DNA of 64,000 nucleotides from a bacterium (GTDB taxonomy: Bacteria; Patescibacteriota; Minisyncoccia; Minisyncoccales; JAGGXC01): contig JAGGWD010000015.1 of assembly GCA_021157625.1 (NCBI GenBank), positions 13,800 through 77,799 of the forward strand. The letters run 5' to 3'. Below the pieces are notes generated by a model that saw only the letters and a program-made list of their open reading frames with translations, made no database searches and was not told the origin of the DNA. Shown here piece by piece: positions 54,285 through 64,000 of this stretch. Made by a program: the position numbers and the translations under genes. Within the stretch, counting starts at the first letter, position 1. Each line of letters begins with the position of its first letter.

Positions 54285-54662
54285 ATGGCTAATTCTAAAA
54301 AGACAATTCTAATAATTGAAGATGATAAGTTCTTGAGAGATTTAATTACACGGAAGTTGTCAAAAGAAGGTTATGAAGTGTTTGTAGCAGTAAACGGAGA
54401 AGAAGGGCTAAAAAAAACAAAAGAGAAGAAACCAGATTTAATTCTTCTTGATTTGATCCTCCCTGGTATTGATGGGTTTGAGGTCCTGGCAAGGATAAAA
54501 AAGGAACCTCTGATAGCTAAAATTCCTGTGATTATATTATCTAATCTTGGTCAAAAAGAAGATATAGAACGAGGTTTACAATTAGGAGCAGTTGATTATT
54601 TGATTAAGGCCCATTTTACGCCGGGTGAGATTATAGAAAAGATTAAAAAATTCTTAGAGTAA
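54285..54662 (+). CDS. Response regulator, receiver domain only (tandem paralog)
   Basis: 125 aa; the same signature. Confidence 0.8.
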   Translation: MANSKKTILIIEDDKFLRDLITRKLSKEGYEVFVAVNGEEGLKKTKEKKPDLILLDLILPGIDGFEVLARIKKEPLIAKIPVIILSNLGQKEDIERGLQLGAVDYLIKAHFTPGEIIEKIKKFLE

Positions 54663-54712
54663 AACCTTATTTTTTCTTTCCTGACGCAGTGCAGTTTTAT
54701 TAATATGTTAAT

Positions 54713-55585
54713 ATGCCGGAGCTTCCCGAAATAGAAATTACTGTGAGAGAATTGAAGAAAAAGGTCCTTGAGAGGACCTTTGTTGATGTTTGGACTGACT
54801 CCAAAAAGCAGATTAAAAAGCCAAAAGATTTCGCTCTATTTAAAAAAGAGATTAAGGGAAAAAAGATAAGGAATATCAAAAGAAGAGCAAAACTCATTCT
54901 TTTTGATCTTTCTGGGGATAAAACCCTCTTAATTCATCAAAAACTTACCGGCCATCTTCTTTTGGGTAAATGGGAGAAGAAGGATAATCAATGGAGGCCT
55001 CCTCCTGGATTTCTTTCTGAGAAAATGAATACCTTTATTCATCTTCTCTTTTTCTTAGATAATGGATTAATGCTGGCACTTTCTGATTTAAGAAAATTTG
55101 CTAAAGTAGAACTTTGGAATACAAAAGAGCTCTTGAGTTCTGAGCAAATGAAGAAGTTGGGAGTAGAGCCTTTAAGTAAAGAGTTTACTTTTGAGAAGCT
55201 TCGAAAGCTTTTAGAAGGAAAGAAGAGGAAAATCAAGCAAGTATTAATGGATCAAGAAGTAATTGCAGGTATTGGTAATATTTATTCAGATGAGATATTG
55301 TTTGAGGCAAAGATAAATCCTTTCAAAACCTCTTCAGATCTTAATATCGCTGAGCTAAAAAGGCTTTATTCTGCTATAATTAAAATCCTCAAGAAAGCCA
55401 TAAAACTGCAGGGGGAAAGTATAAGTGACTGGAGAATGCCTGATGGAAGGAAAGGTTCTTTTGATAGATATAGAAAAGTTTATCGAAGAGAAGGTCAACC
55501 CTGTTTTAATTGTGGTACTCTGATTTTAAGAAAAAAGATAGGGACTCGCTCAACTTATTTCTGTCCTAAATGTCAACCACTATGA
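54713..55585 (+). CDS. mutM: Formamidopyrimidine-DNA glycosylase (Fpg/Nei family)
   Basis: N-terminal MPELPEIE (catalytic P2/E3), H2TH, and a C-terminal zinc finger CxxC...CxxC. Confidence 0.85.
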   Translation: MPELPEIEITVRELKKKVLERTFVDVWTDSKKQIKKPKDFALFKKEIKGKKIRNIKRRAKLILFDLSGDKTLLIHQKLTGHLLLGKWEKKDNQWRPPPGFLSEKMNTFIHLLFFLDNGLMLALSDLRKFAKVELWNTKELLSSEQMKKLGVEPLSKEFTFEKLRKLLEGKKRKIKQVLMDQEVIAGIGNIYSDEILFEAKINPFKTSSDLNIAELKRLYSAIIKILKKAIKLQGESISDWRMPDGRKGSFDRYRKVYRREGQPCFNCGTLILRKKIGTRSTYFCPKCQPL

Positions 55586-56523
55586 TTGCGTTTTTATATG
55601 GTCAAGATATCTATCGGCTTCGTCAAAAGTTAAGAGAATTGATAAATGATTTTGAAAGGGAGCACAAAAATTGCTCTTTGATTAAGCATTTTGATGCCAA
55701 AGACTTGGATTTTGAGAGTTTCAGAAATGAAATTCAGACATCTTCCATATTTAAAGAAAAAAAGTTAATAACAATTGGCCATGTTTTTTCTAATTCAATT
55801 TTTTTGGAAAAGACACTAAAGTTTTTTAATGAAAATAGAGAAAAAACAGAAAATACTCTTCTTTTCTGGGAAGAAAAGAAGATAGATCCAGATCATCCTT
55901 TAATAAAAGAAATTGCACGGATAGGAAAAGTATACAAGTTTGATCTGCTTTCGGAAGCAGAACTTAAGAGATGGATCAGGAGAGAGTTTGGAAAGTATAA
56001 AGTAGAAATTGAGCCAGGTATCATAGAGGCTCTTTGGGAGTTTGGAGGTAACGATTTGTGGTTAATCTCTGGAGAGATAAAAAAACTTATTGCTTTTGCA
56101 GGTAAAAGTAAAAAAGTATTTCTCAAAGATTTAAAGCTTCTGAGTAAACCAGAAGTCGAGACAGATATTTTTACTACTCTGGACGCAATATCTTCTGACA
56201 ATAAGAAAAGAGCTTTAGATTTGCTTCATAATCATTTAAAAAAAGGAGAATCTCCTCTTTATCTTTTCTCAATGCTCAAAAAACAGATTTCTAATCTTTT
56301 GATAGTAAAAGATCTAAGAAACAAGAGAATTCCCTCTTCTTTTATCGCTCAAGAGTCCAAACTTCATCCTTTTGTAGTAAAGAAATGCTTAAGGTTGTCA
56401 GAGAAGTTTACTTTTGATCAACTAAAAAAGATATATTGGAAGATTTTTCAATACGAAATTAAAATAAAAACAGGAAAGATAGATCCTGTTTTGGCTCTTG
56501 ACTTGCTTACAATAGAAATCTAA
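55570..56523 (+). CDS. holA: DNA polymerase III delta subunit
   Basis: 317 aa with AAA+-like delta fold motifs (LYGQD...); low similarity, position next to rpsT. Confidence 0.6.
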   Translation: MSTTMIAFLYGQDIYRLRQKLRELINDFEREHKNCSLIKHFDAKDLDFESFRNEIQTSSIFKEKKLITIGHVFSNSIFLEKTLKFFNENREKTENTLLFWEEKKIDPDHPLIKEIARIGKVYKFDLLSEAELKRWIRREFGKYKVEIEPGIIEALWEFGGNDLWLISGEIKKLIAFAGKSKKVFLKDLKLLSKPEVETDIFTTLDAISSDNKKRALDLLHNHLKKGESPLYLFSMLKKQISNLLIVKDLRNKRIPSSFIAQESKLHPFVVKKCLRLSEKFTFDQLKKIYWKIFQYEIKIKTGKIDPVLALDLLTIEI

Positions 56524-56786
56524 GACCCCCCTTTATTTATTAGCAAGGTTATTCTTGATTTCTTTCTTGCTGCTGTATTTTTCTTAATAGTTCCTACCTT
56601 AGCAGCTTTGTCCAAAGCTTTATAGAGCTGAGGAAGAAGTTTCTTTGCTTCTTCTCTTTTGTTTTCTGCAACCAACTCCTTTATCTCTTTTATGAGCATT
56701 TTTATCTTTCTCTTTCTCTGAAGATTTCTTTGTCTTCTCTTGATATTTTGACGTAAAGCCTTTTTTGCTGATCTTGTAATAGGCAT
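56520..56786 (-). CDS. rpsT: 30S ribosomal protein S20
   Basis: Start set at MPITRSAKKALRQNIKRRQRN...; the ORF track's longer N-terminus is probably not translated. Confidence 0.8.
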   Translation of the reverse strand: MPITRSAKKALRQNIKRRQRNLQRKRKIKMLIKEIKELVAENKREEAKKLLPQLYKALDKAAKVGTIKKNTAARKKSRITLLINKGGS

Positions 56787-56861
56787 AGCTGATTTTTTGA
56801 TAATTTCTGATACAATAAAAAAGAATATCACAAAACTTAAAACTGTTCAATAGTTCTGATA

Positions 56862-58169
56862 ATGAAAGCCATTATTAAAAAAATTATTCCTTCGTTTTTG
56901 ATTAACTGGTATCATTTTTTACTGGCACTTTTGGGCGCTTTTTTATATAGGTTTCCCTCAAGAAAGCTCAAAGTTATTGGAGTGACAGGGACAAATGGAA
57001 AATCAACTGTTGTTTATTTAATTACAAAAATATTAGAAGAAGCCGGATTTGTGACTGCTTCTATTTCTTCTATTGAGTTTAAGATTGCAGACAAAAGATG
57101 GCAGAACACTCTTAAGATGACAATGCCAGGACGCTTGAAACTTCAGAGGTTTTTGAGAAGGGCAGTTAAAGAAAGATGTGAGTATGTAGTTATAGAAGTT
57201 ACATCAGAGGGAATCTTGCAACATAGACATAGATTTATTGATTTCGATGTGGCTGTGTTTACTAATCTGACCCCTGAGCATATTGAATCTCATGGTTCTT
57301 TTGAGAATTATAAAAAAGCAAAAGGAAAATTATTTGAGAGTCTAGAGAAAAGCAGGAAGGAAAACACAATTTCTGTAGTAAATCTGGATGACGAAAATGC
57401 AAATTATTTTCTTGAGTTTGGGGCAGATAAAAAAATTGGCTATAGCACAAAAGAAAAAATAGATAAAAAGTTCGATCTTTTTGAGGTAATCCAGGCTACA
57501 GAAATAAAACGTGCCAGAGAAAAGACAGAGTTCCAAGTAAAAGGTACAACATTTTCTTTAAAATTAAAGGGGTTATTTAATGTATACAATGCTTTAGCAG
57601 CAATCTCTGTAGCTCTCTCTCAGGGTATAGATATCTTGGTTATAAAGAAAGCTCTTGAGAAAGTAGAAACTATTCCTGGTAGGTTGGAAAAAGTGATTAC
57701 TGAACCTTTTGAGGTGATTGTAGATTATGCTCACACCCCAGATGCTCTTGAAAAGATCTATAATGCTCTCTCTTCAGAAAAGTCTTCTCTCATTTGTGTT
57801 TTAGGTTCATGTGGCGGAGGAAGGGATAAGTGGAAAAGGCCTGTATTGGGAAAGATTGCTGATAATTTTTGCAAAAGGATTATTCTTACAAATGAAGACC
57901 CATATGATGAAGATCCTTACAAAATTATAGAAGAGATAAGAGAAGGAATTAAAAACAAAGACAAAATTATAGAGATTATTGACAGAAGGCAGGCAATAAA
58001 GAAGGCTCTTGAGTTTGCAGAAAGAGGTGATATAGTGATAATTACAGGAAAAGGGTGTGAGCCATGGATGTGCACAAAAGGAGGAAAAAAGATACCTTGG
58101 GATGATAGAAAAATAGCAAGAGAAGAAATGCAAAAGCTAAGGAAAATAAAATATGAAAAAAAATTATGA
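56862..58169 (+). CDS. Mur ligase family protein (MurE-like, short N-terminus)
   Basis: P-loop VIGVTGTNGKST, DYAHTPDAL and GSCGGGRDKWKRPVLG motifs of Mur ligases. Confidence 0.6.
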   Translation: MKAIIKKIIPSFLINWYHFLLALLGAFLYRFPSRKLKVIGVTGTNGKSTVVYLITKILEEAGFVTASISSIEFKIADKRWQNTLKMTMPGRLKLQRFLRRAVKERCEYVVIEVTSEGILQHRHRFIDFDVAVFTNLTPEHIESHGSFENYKKAKGKLFESLEKSRKENTISVVNLDDENANYFLEFGADKKIGYSTKEKIDKKFDLFEVIQATEIKRAREKTEFQVKGTTFSLKLKGLFNVYNALAAISVALSQGIDILVIKKALEKVETIPGRLEKVITEPFEVIVDYAHTPDALEKIYNALSSEKSSLICVLGSCGGGRDKWKRPVLGKIADNFCKRIILTNEDPYDEDPYKIIEEIREGIKNKDKIIEIIDRRQAIKKALEFAERGDIVIITGKGCEPWMCTKGGKKIPWDDRKIAREEMQKLRKIKYEKKL

Positions 58170-58560
58170 AATTCTTGATCACACCGCAGATTTAAAAATC
58201 AGAGTCTTCGGTAATACAAAGAAAGAACTATTTTTAAATGCGGTTTACGCTGTGGCTTCTTTGCAAGACCCAGATTTATCTGAAGAATCTGTCGCAAAGA
58301 AGATCAAAATACAATCTCCAGATATTCTTTCTTTGCTTGTTGATTTCTTGAGCGAAATTCTTTATTTGAGTCAGACAGAAAGGGAAGTTTATTTGAGGGC
58401 AGAATTTGAAGAATTTTCCGATACATTTCTTGAAGCAAAATTGTTTGGGAGAAAAGTAAAAAGATTCAGAGAAGATATCAAAGGAGTTACCTATCATGAT
58501 TTAGAAATAAAACAACAAAAGAACGGAACTTGGGAAGCCACAATTTTATTTGATATCTAA
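58153..58560 (+). CDS. Archease
   Basis: 135 aa with N-terminal YEILDHTADLKIRVFG, the archease family signature; immediately upstream of rtcB. Confidence 0.75.
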   Translation: MKKNYEILDHTADLKIRVFGNTKKELFLNAVYAVASLQDPDLSEESVAKKIKIQSPDILSLLVDFLSEILYLSQTEREVYLRAEFEEFSDTFLEAKLFGRKVKRFREDIKGVTYHDLEIKQQKNGTWEATILFDI

Positions 58561-58575
58561 CCCCTTACTTTAATT

Positions 58576-60018
58576 ATGATTTCAAAAGAGGATTTAAAAA
58601 AAATTACTCCATGGCTTTGGGAAATTCCTCGGTCTTTTAGGGCAGATATGAGAGTGCCGGCGAGGATTTATACTTCCGAGAAAATGTTAGGAGATATTTT
58701 TAGAGATAAGTCTCTGGAGCAATTGGTCAATACCACTACTCTACCCGGTATAGTGAAGTATGCTATCGGTATGCCTGATATCCATGAAGGATATGGTCCG
58801 CCAATTGGAGGGGTGGGAGGAATTAAATTGTCAGAAGGGGTAATTTCTCCCGGGTTTGTTGGTTTTGATGAAAATTGCGGATGTCGTCTTTTGCTCTCCG
58901 AATATTCAAGTAAGGAAATAAAACCATTCTTAGAAAAGCTAGCAGACGAGATTCAAAGAGAAGTACCTTCAGGTCTTGGGAGAGGAAGGCAGATAAAATT
59001 ATCAATTGAGCAAATTAACAGAATTTTAGAAGGAGGGGTGCCTTATTTGGTGGAGAAAGGTTATGGCCAGAAAGAAGATATTGAGAATTGTGAACATAAA
59101 GGAAGAATGGAGGAGGCTGATGCTTCTTGTGTTTCTCATAAAGCCAAAATGCGAGGAAGGGATCAGGTAGGAACACTTGGTTCTGGAAATCATTTTATAG
59201 AAATTCAGAAAGTAGATGAGATTTTTGATCAAGAAACTGCTCAGATATTTGGATTATTTGAAAGTCAAATAGTTATATTTATCCATACCGGATCTCGAGG
59301 GTTAGGTCATCAAAATTGTACTGATTACCTAAGATTGATTATTCCTATATATTCCAAGTATGGAATAAAATTGCCAGATAAAGAATTGGCTTGTGTTCCC
59401 TTTAACTCTCCAGAGGGGCAAAGGTTTTTTAGAGCAATGTCGGCGGCTTGTAATTATGCATGGGCAAACCGTCATATGATTATGTGTTATGTAAGAAAAG
59501 CATGGAAGAAGGTTATTGGATCTGATGCAAAATTAAGACTCCTTTATGATGTTGCTCACAATATTGCTAAGATTGAAGAACACGAAATAGATGGAAAAAA
59601 GACAAAATTGATTGTTCATAGAAAAGGAGCAACGAGAGCTTTTCCTCCAGGCCATCCCGAGATTCCTCAGAGATATCAAAAGACAGGTCAGCCCGTTCTT
59701 ATTCCTGGTTCAATGGGTACTTCTTCTTATGTTTGTGTAGGGACAGAAAAATCTAAGGAGGCTTTCTACACTGTAAACCACGGAGCAGGAAGGACAATGT
59801 CTCGACGTCAGGCTGTAAGAACAATTTCTGGAGCAGAAGTAATTGAGAAATTGAAGAAAAAAGGAATTCTTGTTAAATGCTGGTCAATGAGAGGAATCGC
59901 AGAAGAAGCTCCTCTGGCTTATAAAGATATCGATGATGTTATTGAAGTAGTTCACAATGCTGGGCTTGCTAAAAAAGTAGCTAAATTAACCCCTTTAGCA
60001 GTAATAAAAGGAGAATAA
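58576..60018 (+). CDS. rtcB: RNA-splicing ligase RtcB
   Basis: 480 aa with RtcB metal-binding and GMP-His motifs (GSMGTSSY, NHGAGR). Confidence 0.9.
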   Translation: MISKEDLKKITPWLWEIPRSFRADMRVPARIYTSEKMLGDIFRDKSLEQLVNTTTLPGIVKYAIGMPDIHEGYGPPIGGVGGIKLSEGVISPGFVGFDENCGCRLLLSEYSSKEIKPFLEKLADEIQREVPSGLGRGRQIKLSIEQINRILEGGVPYLVEKGYGQKEDIENCEHKGRMEEADASCVSHKAKMRGRDQVGTLGSGNHFIEIQKVDEIFDQETAQIFGLFESQIVIFIHTGSRGLGHQNCTDYLRLIIPIYSKYGIKLPDKELACVPFNSPEGQRFFRAMSAACNYAWANRHMIMCYVRKAWKKVIGSDAKLRLLYDVAHNIAKIEEHEIDGKKTKLIVHRKGATRAFPPGHPEIPQRYQKTGQPVLIPGSMGTSSYVCVGTEKSKEAFYTVNHGAGRTMSRRQAVRTISGAEVIEKLKKKGILVKCWSMRGIAEEAPLAYKDIDDVIEVVHNAGLAKKVAKLTPLAVIKGE

Positions 60019-60271
60019 TTTTGCAAAAATAATAAAATTAAGTTATTATAGATAAATATATGTTGCCTAGCGAGACAATCTTTTTTATTTATGCTCAAGA
60101 GAAAACTTCCCAGAAGCTTAAGAAAATATATTCGCAAAGAGAAGGCACGGATTCGCCAGAAAACTTTGAGTTTGAAAGAGCGAGAAGAACTTATTAGATT
60201 ATTGTATGAGAGATTAGGAATTAAAATTAATAAAAAAATACTACCTCAAACCAATACTAATCATTCAAAAA

Positions 60272-61216
60272 ATGACAGTAAGAGAAATATTCAATCTAGC
60301 AATAAAAATGGGAATTGAAGCTGATTTTCGAGGCAAAGAGGGTGTAAGTGAATTTCTTGAAAGGAAGAGAAAGAAATATGAGAGACTAACAGAAAAAGAG
60401 AAAGAAGAGTTTGATAAAGAAGCCCTGCAAAATCCTTATCTTGATTCGCGTATTCACAATATCTCTCAAGACAAAGAAGTTAAAAAAGTTTTGGCAGGAA
60501 TAGATGTTGAACCTGCTGAGATATTGCTTGCCAAAGAGCTTGGAGATATTGATTTAGTAATTGCTCATCATCCTTTAGGAAAAGGCTTGGCTTATTTAGC
60601 AGACATGATGGAATTGCAATGCGACGTTTTGAATTTTTATGGTGTTCCTATAAATATTGCTGAGGGTTTAATGAAAGAAAGAATTGATGAAGTGGCAAGA
60701 GGAGTTAATGCTAAAAATCATCAAAGAACAGTTGATTGTGCTAAAATTCTTGGTGTTAATTTAATCAACACTCATACCCCCTGTGATAATCTAGCTGCTC
60801 AATTTTTAAGAAGAGAAATCGAAGAAAAATCACCTCAAAGAATAGAGGATCTTTTAGAGATTCTCAAGAATATTCCCGAATACAAAGAAGCAATAAAGAT
60901 TGGTGCAGGCCCCAAGATTTTTGTTGGAAGTCCTGAGAGAAGATGTGGAAAAATTGCTTTAACTGAAATTACTGGAGGAACAGAAGGCTCCCCTAAGCTT
61001 TATGAGAAAATGGCTCAGGCGGGCATTGGCACAGTGGTAGGAATGCATATCTCCGAAGAGCATAGAAAGGAAGCTGAAACTGCAAATATTAATGTAGTGA
61101 TTGCTGGTCATATGTCATCTGATTCTTTAGGAATGAATCTCTTCTTAGATAAACTTCAAGAACAAGGGATTGAGATTATTCCTTTTTCTGGTTTAATTAG
61201 AGTAAGTAGAATATAG
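60272..61216 (+). CDS. Conserved hypothetical protein, possibly NIF3/YbgI-like dinuclear metal protein
   Basis: LVIAHHPL motif and paired His/Glu-rich segments; weak assignment. Confidence 0.35.
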   Translation: MTVREIFNLAIKMGIEADFRGKEGVSEFLERKRKKYERLTEKEKEEFDKEALQNPYLDSRIHNISQDKEVKKVLAGIDVEPAEILLAKELGDIDLVIAHHPLGKGLAYLADMMELQCDVLNFYGVPINIAEGLMKERIDEVARGVNAKNHQRTVDCAKILGVNLINTHTPCDNLAAQFLRREIEEKSPQRIEDLLEILKNIPEYKEAIKIGAGPKIFVGSPERRCGKIALTEITGGTEGSPKLYEKMAQAGIGTVVGMHISEEHRKEAETANINVVIAGHMSSDSLGMNLFLDKLQEQGIEIIPFSGLIRVSRI

Positions 61217-61237
61217 TTTCATTGTTTTATTTTTTAT

Positions 61238-62473
61238 TTGAATAGATGCGGCTGGCTGAGAAGCCAGTTTTTTGATAGAATGAAAGATATGCGTACAGGC
61301 ATCGCGACGGTTCCTTTAGATTATGGAAGATGTCCCAAGTGGCTTTTTGAGAGGATGAAAAAACTTTCAAGGGGAATAGTTTTGGCTATTGTTGAAGAAT
61401 TTGGACAAGAAGAGCTTCTAAGGAGATTAGCGGATCCTGTGTGGTTTCAATCATTAGGATGTGTGATAGGGTTTGATTGGAATTCCTCTGGACTGACTAC
61501 TACTACTTTAGGAGCTCTAAAAGAAGGGTTGAGAGGATTAGAATCAGAACTTGGAATTTTCATTTGCGGAGGTAAAGGGAAAACTTCAAGGAAAACACCT
61601 CAACAAATTCAAAACTGGGGAGAGTTTTTAGGTTGGCCAATGCAAAAAATTGATCAGCTTATTTATGCCAGCAAAATTTCAGCTAAAGTAGATAGCTCTG
61701 CTTTGCAGGACGGATTTCAAATTTATGCTCACAATTTAATTTTTACAAAATCTGGTCACTGGGCAGTTATTCAGCAGGGAATGAACACAATTTTTCAGAA
61801 GGCTCGTCGTTATCATTGGTTATCTCAAAAAGTAAAGGATTTTGTTGAGACTCCTCATTCCGGAATTATTTCTGATATAAAATTGAAATCTTTAAATCTC
61901 CTTGCCCCAGAAAGCAAAGAAAATAAAAAAATCTCTACTGAGTTAGTGAGAGAAGAACCCCAAACGTTTTTAAGGGATATAAAATTGATTTCCAAAGCTT
62001 CTCTCAAAAGCTGCTCTTCAAACCAGCGATCATTTATTTTGGAGTCAGGAGTGGTTAGAAAAAAAAGAAGGGGCAATTTTGCTGAAATGGAGCTCTATGA
62101 TAGAGAATTTCATTGGCATCCAGTAGTTAATGAAAAGTTCGATTTAAAAAGATTAAAAAAGATAATTGAGAGGGCTCACTTTTTGAGACCAGAAAATTTC
62201 GAACAGTTGCTGATGATAAAAGGGGTAGGACCAAAAACAATTCGAGCTTTATCTCTTGTGGCAGAAATAATCTATGGAGCAAAGCCTTCTTTTGAGGATC
62301 CGGCAAGATACTCCTTTGCCCATGGAGGAAAAGATGGAACCCCTTTTTTTGTTGAAAGAGATATTTATGATAAAACAATAGAAGTTATAGAAAAAGGAAT
62401 TAAAAAGGCCCATATTTCTAATAAAGAAAAAGCCCAAGCCCAAAGAAGATTATTAAGTATTTTAAAATTATGA
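61238..62473 (+). CDS. Conserved hypothetical protein (possibly DUF763-like)
   Basis: 411 aa; N-terminal [22 protein letters not shown] segment; no catalytic motif recognised. Confidence 0.35.
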   Translation: MNRCGWLRSQFFDRMKDMRTGIATVPLDYGRCPKWLFERMKKLSRGIVLAIVEEFGQEELLRRLADPVWFQSLGCVIGFDWNSSGLTTTTLGALKEGLRGLESELGIFICGGKGKTSRKTPQQIQNWGEFLGWPMQKIDQLIYASKISAKVDSSALQDGFQIYAHNLIFTKSGHWAVIQQGMNTIFQKARRYHWLSQKVKDFVETPHSGIISDIKLKSLNLLAPESKENKKISTELVREEPQTFLRDIKLISKASLKSCSSNQRSFILESGVVRKKRRGNFAEMELYDREFHWHPVVNEKFDLKRLKKIIERAHFLRPENFEQLLMIKGVGPKTIRALSLVAEIIYGAKPSFEDPARYSFAHGGKDGTPFFVERDIYDKTIEVIEKGIKKAHISNKEKAQAQRRLLSILKL

Positions 62474-63621
62474 AAAAATTTCTTTTTACCTCAGAATCAG
62501 TTACAGAAGGTCATCCTGATAAAATAGCAGATGCTATTGCTGATGCAGTATTAGATGAAGTCCTGAGGCAAGACAAATATGGAAGAGTGGCTTGTGAAGT
62601 AATGGTTGGAAACGGTTATGTGATTGTTGGAGGGGAGATTACTACATCTGCTTGGGTAGATATTAATGATTTAACAAGAAGAGTCATAAAAGATATTGGC
62701 TACAATAGAACAGATTATGGATTTGATTATCACACGGTAGGTGTTTTTAATACTATCCATGAACAATCACCTGATATTGCTCGGGGCGTAAGGAAAACAG
62801 CCAGCAAAAAACAAGGAAGTGGAGATCAAGGGATGATGGTGGGATATGCCTGTAAAGAAACACCTGAACTGATGCCTCTTCCTATAATGCTGGCGCATCA
62901 ATTAGTACGTCGCCTTGCTTTAGTAAGAAAGAAAAAGATTATTCCTTATCTTCGTCCAGACGGAAAGAGCCAAGTGACTATTGAATATAAGAATGGACGA
63001 CCTAGTTCTCTTAGTTCAGTGGTGATATGTGCTCAACATGATCCTGATGTTTCTTTATCAAAAATCAGAAGAGATATTATTCAAAAAGTAATAAATCCTG
63101 TTTGTAGGAAATATCTGACAAAGAAAACTAAATTCTACATTAACAATACAGGTCGTTTTGTGATAGGAGGACCAGTTTCTGATACAGGAGCTACAGGAAG
63201 AAAAATTATAGTTGATTCCTATGGTGGAGTAGTTCCTGTAGGTGGAGGTAGTTTCTCGGGTAAGGATCCAACAAAAGTTGATAGATCAGGCGCTTATATG
63301 GCTCGCTATGTAGCAAAGAATATTGTAGCTGCAGGCCTGGCAGAGAAATGTCTAGTAAGGTTGGCTTATGTAATAGGAGGAACAAAACCATTAGAGATAA
63401 GCATAGACACTTTTGGCACAGGAAAGATTTCGGAGGAAAAAATAACTAGAGCTATTTCGCAGGTCTTTGATTTTTCACCAGGAGGGATTATTAAAGAACT
63501 AGATTTATTGCGCCCTATTTATCGAAAGATTTCTTGTTATGGTCATTTTGGTAGAAAAGAAAAAGAGTTTAGTTGGGAAAAAACAGATAAAGTTAAAGAA
63601 ATCCTTAAGTTAGTAAGATGA
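62470..63621 (+). CDS. metK: S-adenosylmethionine synthetase
   Basis: [20 protein letters not shown]-terminus, [19 protein letters not shown] motif. Confidence 0.9.
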   Translation: MKKFLFTSESVTEGHPDKIADAIADAVLDEVLRQDKYGRVACEVMVGNGYVIVGGEITTSAWVDINDLTRRVIKDIGYNRTDYGFDYHTVGVFNTIHEQSPDIARGVRKTASKKQGSGDQGMMVGYACKETPELMPLPIMLAHQLVRRLALVRKKKIIPYLRPDGKSQVTIEYKNGRPSSLSSVVICAQHDPDVSLSKIRRDIIQKVINPVCRKYLTKKTKFYINNTGRFVIGGPVSDTGATGRKIIVDSYGGVVPVGGGSFSGKDPTKVDRSGAYMARYVAKNIVAAGLAEKCLVRLAYVIGGTKPLEISIDTFGTGKISEEKITRAISQVFDFSPGGIIKELDLLRPIYRKISCYGHFGRKEKEFSWEKTDKVKEILKLVR

Positions 63622-63711
63622 TTCTTTTTGATAAATGAAGAAGTATTCTTCAAAGAGAGCCAAAAAGGGAAAAGTGGCTTTTCGAACACAAAGTCAGTTT
63701 ATTTATAAGAA

Positions 63712-64000
63712 ATGCCAGAAAGTCAAGAAGATAAAGAAAAAAAGGTAAATCCAAGAATTTTTTTCTGGGAGTTTATCTTGTTTTCCTCTACCCTATTGTT
63801 GGGAATTGCTACTGCTTTTCGGATGAGCAGTATTTTTAGAATTCAGAATATCAGTGTTTCTCCCATCGAGCCTTGGAAATTTATTTTATATTTTATAATT
63901 GCAACTCTAATCGTTTTATTTTTGGCTTTCGTTATAAAATCTAGTCCTGCTAAAGGAAAGATATTTAAAATTCTTTTTGTTTTTTCTGTCTTTTGGGGAG
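63712..64000 (+). CDS. Hypothetical polytopic membrane protein (partial, continues beyond window)
   Basis: An open frame from the ATG at 63712 with successive hydrophobic segments; not in the ORF track because it is truncated by the window end. Confidence 0.3.
   Translation, partial: MPESQEDKEKKVNPRIFFWEFILFSSTLLLGIATAFRMSSIFRIQNISVSPIEPWKFILYFIIATLIVLFLAFVIKSSPAKGKIFKILFVFSVFWG

Noticed and set aside
60091-60318. 75-aa basic ORF (MLKRKLPRSLRKYIRK...)
   Set aside because: It overlaps the start of the 60272 gene by 47 nt and has no recognisable family. It could be a real small basic protein but cannot be supported from sequence alone.
63636-63749. 37-aa Lys-rich ORF (MKKYSSKRAKKGKVAFRTQSQF...)
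   Set aside because: It does not match a known small ribosomal protein and is probably leader sequence before the membrane protein starting at 63712.
1-64000. Search for CRISPR arrays, rRNA, tmRNA, SRP RNA, RNase P RNA
   Set aside because: There are no regularly spaced direct repeats, and no intergenic region is long enough or shows the conserved motifs of these RNAs. The only long structured non-coding candidate is the element at 47454-47595.

Overview
This is a low-GC (~35%), gene-dense bacterial chromosome segment with short intergenic regions and an overall CPR/Patescibacteria-like gene set: archease-RtcB, receiver-only response regulators, a standalone 5'-3' exonuclease, YidC/Jag, and no biosynthetic genes. 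The window spans the replication-origin neighbourhood (rpmH-rnpA-yidD-yidC-jag divergent from dnaA-dnaN) and many housekeeping genes. These include clpP, tig, rny, hup, ppa, nusA, cca, rpsO-pnp, ruvC-yebC, tyrS, tsaE, mutM, holA, rpsT, metK and a Mur ligase. It carries six tRNA genes, several clear intrinsic terminators, type IV pilus motor genes (pilC/pilB at the left edge and a short GspE-family ATPase at 47.6-48.9 kb), and a sensory locus (PAS/coiled-coil, FIST, histidine kinase, two receiver proteins). The most unusual content is an ~12 kb locus (about 24.5-36.8 kb) that looks like a minimal monoderm-type type IV secretion (T4SS)-like apparatus. It encodes a VirB4-like ATPase, a possible separate VirB4 N-terminal domain ORF, a VirB3-like 2-TM protein, a VirB6-like polytopic protein, an SPFH protein and a LysM/M23 wall hydrolase. 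It also carries a family of three paralogous hydrophobic pilin-like hairpin modules (VirB2/TrbC-like topology); two of these are fused to large Cys/Trp-rich FN3-like extracellular proteins, and the third paralog lies elsewhere, between tRNA genes. No relaxase or coupling protein is visible. Other notable items are a MITE-like 142-bp element with perfect 25-bp terminal inverted repeats and a 5-bp direct repeat immediately after the ATPase stop codon, and a PBP1A gene broken by a 1-nt frameshift in a C6/G6 homopolymer. There is also a 48-aa mini-ORF that fuses the N- and C-termini of the neighbouring FIST protein behind a 56-bp near-identical direct repeat, and an 815-aa ER/K-rich (single-alpha-helix-like) membrane protein with internal nucleotide-identical repeats. 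A NYN-domain gene is inserted between rpsO and pnp. All family assignments are from reading the translated ORFs by eye (motifs, topology, synteny); no searches were run.
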